Positions 58,568 to 64,000 of a DNA stretch of 64,000 nt are shown in pieces. Both the position numbers and the translations under genes were made by a program. Under the pieces are notes generated by a model. It was not told where the DNA came from and searched no databases. It saw nothing but the letters and a program-made list of their open reading frames with translations. How positions within the stretch are numbered: position 1 is the stretch's first letter; every line of letters starts with the position of its first letter. The stretch comes from an uncultured Deefgea sp. GTDB lineage: Bacteria; Pseudomonadota; Gammaproteobacteria; Burkholderiales; Chitinibacteraceae. The DNA lies in contig NZ_CAMTIA010000013.1 of NCBI RefSeq assembly GCF_947072475.1, positions 4,553-68,552 on the forward strand. Direction: 5' to 3'.

Positions 58568-61500
58568 GTGCGCCGCATCAAACTTGCTTTAATTCATCTT
58601 CCGCATAGCCTCTTTCGATGGCTAAAGCGGCTTGCGTTGGCCTTTGTTTTGCTCTTGCTGATTGTGGCGAGTGCTTGGCAGTTTTGGTTTATGCCGCGAT
58701 TGAATGATTATCGGCCTTGGCTGATGACCCAGTTGACGCAGGCCACGGGCGTGCCAGTGTCTATTGGTCAAGTCAGTGGCAGCTGGCATGCCGGGCGCCC
58801 TCAATTGATGGTGCGTGATTTTGCTGTGGGTAAAAATCGCCAAGCACCCGATCTGCACTTCGCGGCGCTCAGTGCCACTTTGTCGATGCGGTCTTTGTTG
58901 TTAGGGCGAATTCAATTTCAGCAAATTGTGCTGCAATCGCCCTTGCTCGATATTCGTCGCTCTGTGGATGGGCGTTGGTGGATGGGCGGTGTGGTATTAA
59001 GCCAACATAGTGACGCATCGAACGACGCGAGTATGCTCAACTGGCTATTGGCGCAAAATGAAATTGTGATTGAACAAGGGCAACTCCGCTTTAGCGATGC
59101 GCAGGGTCAATATCCTAGTTTGCTGCTCAGTCAGGTGGATTTTTTTACCGATCAATTTTTAGGGACGCACCGCTTTGATTTGGCTTTAACACCGCCAGCC
59201 AGTGTGGGGCCACGGATTCAATTGCAAGGACGCTTGAAGGGCGCTGATGTCGGGCAGTGGCAGCAATGGTCTGGTTGGCTCAAATTGCAATTACCTGAAA
59301 GTAATCTCATCCAGTTTATGCCGTGGCTGAATGCCGTAATGCCTAAAGCCTTGCAACTGCAACGTGGCGTAGGGCATTTAAATTTGCGCGTCGATTTAGC
59401 GCAAGGCCAGTTGCAGTCGGTCGAGGCCGATTTGGGCGCGCGCGATTGGCAAATGCGTGATCAAGATACCGCTACCCTGTATCAGTTGCCCAAGCTCGAT
59501 GCTGTTGTCTTCTGGTCAGATACCCCCAAGGGCAAAACTTTAAAAATTAATGGTCGGCAAATTGTCTCGCCGTCTGGGGTATTGTGTACCTCGTGTAATT
59601 TGACGTATAGCCAAACCAAAGCTGAATCCGCTGTGCAGTTAAAGCAGTGGCAGCTTGCTGGTTTAAATGCGTATCTGCCGTTATTAAAGTCATATTTGAG
59701 CCATGGGGTTATGACGCAATTGAGTAGTGCTCCCGCAGAGGTGGGTGGGCTCATTCAAGAAGCCGAGCTCAGTTGGCAAGGCCCATTGTCCGCGCCAAAG
59801 GCATTGGCTGGACGTTTTGATGCGCAAGCGCTGGTGCTGCATCATCCTGATTTGAATGTCGGGCCGGTTAATCTGACAGGGCAGTGGCAAGACCAAGGCG
59901 GGCGGCTTGATGTGCAGGGGCGCAATACCGAATTTAATTACCCGGCGCAGTTTGTTGATCCGATCGTGCTCAACGAGCTCAGTACCCGCATCGATTGGCA
60001 AAAAACGGCGCAAAACTGGCGTTTTGACCTGCAGGATTTTTCAATGATGAATCCGGCGATTCAGTTGAAATTAAATGGTCGCTATGAAGGGCCAAGTTCA
60101 GGCTTGGGGAAGGTCAAAATATCGGGGGATATCGCGCATCTGTCGGCCAATCAGGCGTATCGCTATTTGCCCCGCATCTTGGGTGACGATGTACTTGATT
60201 GGTTAAAGCAAGCTTTGTTGGCTGGGGATGCTAGTCAAGGTCGAATTATTTGGCAGGGCGATGTGGCGGGGTTTCCATATCATAAAGGCTCGGCCGATGC
60301 AGCCAAGGGAAAGTTTGCCATTTATGCCAAAGCGGCCGATGTCACGCTGAACTATGTACCCGGTTGGCCGGTGATTGAGCATATCAATGGTGATTTGGCG
60401 TTTGAAGGTTTGGCCATGAGCATTAACGCATCGGCCGGCGAAATCTCAAAAACTCGTTTAAGTGGCGTGCGGGTTGACATCCCGAATCTAGAGCAAGATC
60501 AGCATATTTTGGTGAGCGGTCAGGCGAGCGGGCGTACGCATGACTTTTTGTCTTTTGTCGCCAATAGCCCGGTGAAAGACAGTACCCAAGGATTTTTGGA
60601 TACCTTGGAAGCGGATGGCGATGGCACGCTGGATTTAAAGCTCGATATGCCCATGATGCAGATTGACGACACGAAGGTGAGTGGTCGTTATCGGTTTAAG
60701 CACAATCAATTACGTTTTGGTGGGGCGATTCCGGTACTGAATGCCGCCACTGGTGAGGTTGAGTTTTCTGAATCGGCGATTAAAGTGCCGTATGCGCAGG
60801 CCAAAGCGCTTGGCGGTACGGTTAAATTATTGGGCTCGAACGATGTGAATGGCGCTTTGCTATTGAATTTAACCGGTGACGCGGCAATGGGGCAGATTGC
60901 CGCCGCTTATTTGCCAGCACTACAAACGCAGATTTCGGGGCAAAGTCAGTATCAAGCACAGCTTAGAGTCGCACCTCAGCAATTTGATATCTCGGTGAGT
61001 AGTGATTTACAAGGTGCTAAAGTCAATCTGCCTGCGCCCTTGGGGAAAAATGCCGCGCAAACTCGCGCGCTGTCGGTCAAGGCCAGTGGCGGCGCGTTAA
61101 ACCATCAATTGACTTTTTCTTTGGGTAATTTGTTATTTGGCAAAATGCAAAGTCAGCAAGCCAGTGTGGCGAGCGAGCCTAAAGTGCAGATGGTGATTGG
61201 TTTAGGCAATGAAGTTCGCCCACTGCCCGAGAGCGGTATCGTGGTCACGGGCAGTTGGCCGAAAATTGGCGTGGAGGAATGGTTGGATTTTGTTGAGAAA
61301 ATGTCGTCCTCAGCGCATGTGACTGCTCGTGGCGCAGGCAGTAGTGGTTTGCCGCCTTTGGTGGTGAAAGATTTAAGCTTTAAACAAGTGAATGCATGGG
61401 GGCGTTTGTTTAATGGCGTGACCCTCAGTGCCAAGCCGGTGGCACAGCGTTGGCAATTGGATTTGGAGAGTAAAGAGCTGGCCGGAAAAATCAACTGGCA

Positions 61501-62425
61501 CGCGGCCAATCGTCAGCTTAATGCAAAACTAAGCAAGTTATGGCTGCCTTTTGCGACGGAGCAAATCACTTATCATCCGGTGCTGACACCGGTTCAAAGC
61601 AGTAGTGCGGTGGATGCACCCAATGCTTGGCCGCAGCTTAATTTGGATGTGGCTGATTTACGCTATGAAAAAATCGAACTCGGTCATTTGAACGTCATGG
61701 CCTCACCGCAAGGCGCGGCACTCAATATTGAACAATTACAACTCAAAAATAACGACGGCGATTTGAATTTAAACGGTGTTTGGTCGCAAAAAGACGGTAA
61801 AAACCTAACGCAAGGGCAAGTACAACTGACTTCGCCGAATCTGGGGCGTTTATTGACCCGTTTTGGTTATCCGGAGTCGATGACGATGGCGCCACTCAAT
61901 TTTGGCGGCAATGTTCAATGGCAAGGGCCGCCTTGGTCGCCCAAACTCAATTCAATGCAAGGGCAGTTTAAAATTGACGTTGGCGCGGGGCAGTTTTTAA
62001 AAATTGATCCGGGCGCGGGGCGTTTTTTAACGGTACTGAATTTGCAGGCGATTCCTCGGCGCTTAAAACTCGATTTTGAAGATTTAATTTCGCAAGGCTT
62101 TGGCTTTGATCGAATTACTGGCGACGCCACCATGCATCAGGGCGTGGCCAAAACTAAAAACCTGACGATTGATGCCCCGTCGGCGCAAGTGCGGTTTAAA
62201 GGCGACGCTAATTTTGTCGCTGGCACGCAAGACATCGTGGTGCGTATTGTGCCGGCTGTGGGCGACGCGGTGGCTTTGGGGGTGGCGGCGATTAATCCAA
62301 TTGCCGGTTTAGCGACCTTTGCCGCGCAGCGCTTGTTTGATCAAAACCCATTGGGCGAATTGGTCGCCTTTGAATATCAAATCAGCGGCTCGATGCGTGA
62401 TCCACAGGTGAAAAAATTAAATTAA
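58568..62425 (+). CDS. yhdP: YhdP-family AsmA-like phospholipid bridge protein
   Basis: N-terminal TM; YLPRILGDDVLDWLKQAL..G, Y.PGWP.I; C-terminal IPRRLKLDF.D....GFGFD.I.G, Y.ISGS..DP.V. Confidence 0.93.
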   Translation: MRRIKLALIHLPHSLFRWLKRLALAFVLLLLIVASAWQFWFMPRLNDYRPWLMTQLTQATGVPVSIGQVSGSWHAGRPQLMVRDFAVGKNRQAPDLHFAALSATLSMRSLLLGRIQFQQIVLQSPLLDIRRSVDGRWWMGGVVLSQHSDASNDASMLNWLLAQNEIVIEQGQLRFSDAQGQYPSLLLSQVDFFTDQFLGTHRFDLALTPPASVGPRIQLQGRLKGADVGQWQQWSGWLKLQLPESNLIQFMPWLNAVMPKALQLQRGVGHLNLRVDLAQGQLQSVEADLGARDWQMRDQDTATLYQLPKLDAVVFWSDTPKGKTLKINGRQIVSPSGVLCTSCNLTYSQTKAESAVQLKQWQLAGLNAYLPLLKSYLSHGVMTQLSSAPAEVGGLIQEAELSWQGPLSAPKALAGRFDAQALVLHHPDLNVGPVNLTGQWQDQGGRLDVQGRNTEFNYPAQFVDPIVLNELSTRIDWQKTAQNWRFDLQDFSMMNPAIQLKLNGRYEGPSSGLGKVKISGDIAHLSANQAYRYLPRILGDDVLDWLKQALLAGDASQGRIIWQGDVAGFPYHKGSADAAKGKFAIYAKAADVTLNYVPGWPVIEHINGDLAFEGLAMSINASAGEISKTRLSGVRVDIPNLEQDQHILVSGQASGRTHDFLSFVANSPVKDSTQGFLDTLEADGDGTLDLKLDMPMMQIDDTKVSGRYRFKHNQLRFGGAIPVLNAATGEVEFSESAIKVPYAQAKALGGTVKLLGSNDVNGALLLNLTGDAAMGQIAAAYLPALQTQISGQSQYQAQLRVAPQQFDISVSSDLQGAKVNLPAPLGKNAAQTRALSVKASGGALNHQLTFSLGNLLFGKMQSQQASVASEPKVQMVIGLGNEVRPLPESGIVVTGSWPKIGVEEWLDFVEKMSSSAHVTARGAGSSGLPPLVVKDLSFKQVNAWGRLFNGVTLSAKPVAQRWQLDLESKELAGKINWHAANRQLNAKLSKLWLPFATEQITYHPVLTPVQSSSAVDAPNAWPQLNLDVADLRYEKIELGHLNVMASPQGAALNIEQLQLKNNDGDLNLNGVWSQKDGKNLTQGQVQLTSPNLGRLLTRFGYPESMTMAPLNFGGNVQWQGPPWSPKLNSMQGQFKIDVGAGQFLKIDPGAGRFLTVLNLQAIPRRLKLDFEDLISQGFGFDRITGDATMHQGVAKTKNLTIDAPSAQVRFKGDANFVAGTQDIVVRIVPAVGDAVALGVAAINPIAGLATFAAQRLFDQNPLGELVAFEYQISGSMRDPQVKKLN

Positions 62426-62499
62426 TGGGTATGTCTTGGTAGGCAATACTTAATCAGTCTTTTGCGGCAATACCTATGGAAAAAAATACGGAGGTATCC

Positions 62500-63321
62500 A
62501 TGAAGTCGGTTCAGGTTGGTGCAATTCAAATGATTTCTGGCCCCGTGGTGACTGACAATTTACAGCGCGCCAAACTGCTGATTGCCAAAGCCTCAGAGGC
62601 CGGTGCACAGCTGGTGCTGTTGCCCGAATATTTTGCGATGATGGGGCAGACCGATCAAGACAAGTTGGCAATACAAGAAACCTTTGGCGCGGGGCCGATT
62701 CAAGATTTTCTGGCCAGCGCCGCGCGTGAACACGGTATTTATCTCGTGGCCGGTACAATTGCATTGCGCTCAGAGCAGGCGGCAAAGGTTAAAAATAGCT
62801 GTCTGGTGTTTGATCCGCTCGGGCAGTGTATTGCGCGCTACGACAAAATTCATTTATTTGGTTTTGATAGTGGCGTTGAGCAGTTTTGTGAAAGCAATAC
62901 CATTAGCGCTGGGACGGAGGTGGTGGCGTTTGACACGCCATTTGGTCGTGTCGGTTTGGCGGTTTGTTATGATTTACGCTTTCCTGAGTTGTTTCGCCAG
63001 GTGGACGGTGTCGATATTTGGCTCTTACCCGCGGCGTTTACTGCGACTACCGGCCGCGCGCATTGGGAAGTATTGCTGCGCGCGCGGGCGATTGAAAATC
63101 AATGCTTTATCATCGCTGCTGATCAAGGCGGCGAGCATCCTAGCGGTCGAACGACCTATGGGCATAGCATGATTATTGATCCGTGGGGGCAAGTGCTCAA
63201 TTGTCTACCCAGTGGTGAAGGGCTGGTGCTGGGCGAATTAAAGGCCAGCCAGATGCAGCGAGTTCGCAGCAGTTTGCCCGCTTTGTCGCATCGAGTATTG
63301 TCATTGCCGGTAGCCGATTAA
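62500..63321 (+). CDS. Carbon-nitrogen hydrolase (Nit1 / deaminated-glutathione amidase-like)
   Basis: Catalytic triad motifs LLPEYF, YDKIHLF, VCYDLRFPELF; HWEVLLRARAIENQ; GGAGG SD before ATG 62500. Confidence 0.93.
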   Translation: MKSVQVGAIQMISGPVVTDNLQRAKLLIAKASEAGAQLVLLPEYFAMMGQTDQDKLAIQETFGAGPIQDFLASAAREHGIYLVAGTIALRSEQAAKVKNSCLVFDPLGQCIARYDKIHLFGFDSGVEQFCESNTISAGTEVVAFDTPFGRVGLAVCYDLRFPELFRQVDGVDIWLLPAAFTATTGRAHWEVLLRARAIENQCFIIAADQGGEHPSGRTTYGHSMIIDPWGQVLNCLPSGEGLVLGELKASQMQRVRSSLPALSHRVLSLPVAD

Positions 63322-63519
63322 GCCGCGCTGGATGGTAATGATTGGGTTGGCTGTATTTCAGAGCGATTGCGATTGAAATTGTTCGTACTTTTTTGGGTCT
63401 TTCATGGACAATCGCTTTTACTGAGTCGTTTAAAATTTGCAGGCTTGTTTTTGATTGCAAGGCCTTGCCGACTCGCTGCGCCACGACAATTTAAACACCC
63501 TATTTAAAAGTGAAACCCA

Positions 63520-64000
63520 ATGACCGTTTTTGCCTTAGCTGAACAGCAATTACTAACCCCATTTAATTTGGATGAGGCGGCGCTCAGCCAAGTTTTTAGC
63601 GACATCATGACGCACAATATTGATTACGCCGATTTGTACTTTCAATACAGCCGCTCGGAAGCGTGGAGTTTGGATGAAGGGATTGTAAAGTCAGGTAGCT
63701 TTAGCATTGACCAAGGCGTGGGTGTGCGGGCGATTCAAGGCGAAAAAACGGCGTTTGCGTATTCGGACGACATTAGTTTGCCCGCACTGACGCAAGCGGC
63801 GTATGCCACGCGAGCGATTGGTCGGCAAGGGGGTGAGGGTATTGCTCGCCATGTCACAAAACATAAAGCGCATCAGCTCTATACCCCCGCAGATCCTATT
63901 GCTAGTTTGAACGAAGCGGCCAAAGTGGCAATGTTGGAAAAACTCGAGCAGTTGGCGCGCAGTCTCGATCCGCGCGTGGTGCAGGTGATGGCGAGCTTGG
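63520..64000 (+). CDS. tldD: Metalloprotease TldD, N-terminal part (runs off the window end)
   Basis: Not in the ORF track. My translation from ATG 63520: ...IDYADLYFQYSRSEAWSLDEGIVKSGSFSIDQGVGVRAIQGEKTAFAYSD...; usual yhdP-nit-tldD order. Confidence 0.96.
   Translation, partial: MTVFALAEQQLLTPFNLDEAALSQVFSDIMTHNIDYADLYFQYSRSEAWSLDEGIVKSGSFSIDQGVGVRAIQGEKTAFAYSDDISLPALTQAAYATRAIGRQGGEGIARHVTKHKAHQLYTPADPIASLNEAAKVAMLEKLEQLARSLDPRVVQVMASL

Noticed and set aside
17752-62499. Upstream-extended starts in the ORF track for rseP, bamA, skp, fabZ, the SAM methyltransferase, the channel gene, glnE and nit
   Set aside because: Downstream ATGs fit SD sites, stop/start coupling or signal peptides better; the extensions mostly overlap upstream genes and lack family-like sequence.
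63197-63484. 95-aa minus-strand ORF between nit and tldD
   Set aside because: Overlaps the nit 3' end in antisense, has no motif, and covers the likely tldD promoter region.
55639-64000. glnE / yhdP-nit-tldD arrangement as a new system
   Set aside because: This neighbourhood is a familiar conserved proteobacterial arrangement.

Overview
Mostly core chromosome of a chitinolytic, flagellated betaproteobacterium; gene content and protein style suggest Neisseriales, Deefgea/Chitinibacter-like (inference, not a database result). Left to right: metG (5' end only), a CHASE/PAS hybrid histidine kinase, a NudL-like Nudix hydrolase, typA, trxB, a four-gene MCE/Mla-like operon, the rpsB-tsf-pyrH-frr-uppS-cdsA-dxr-rseP-bamA-skp-lpxD-fabZ-lpxA-lpxB-rnhB cluster, motAB plus a membrane SAM methyltransferase, an HDOD protein and a TrmH-family gene, a GH18 chitinase, DUF2789, a CinA-like protein, a YbjD/OLD-family ATPase-TOPRIM nuclease, yeiE/yeiH, a 274-bp MITE-like element, a small ion-channel protein, DUF4442, an ABM monooxygenase, an ABC exporter, DUF1631, recC-recB-recD, truC, an orphan ORF, glnE and yhdP-nit-tldD (tldD cut by the window end). 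I saw no rRNA, tRNA, CRISPR array, prophage or transposase. Best leads: (1) the MCE operon, whose coupled ATPase has lost all three ABC catalytic motifs and which ends in a TPR lipoprotein; (2) an ABM gene put out of frame by one extra copy of an 8-bp repeat; (3) the motAB-methyltransferase-HDOD block; (4) a chitinase with an unassigned N-terminal domain and a highly structured leader; (5) the MITE-like element; (6) a stand-alone OLD nuclease. None is proven new; each needs the searches listed.
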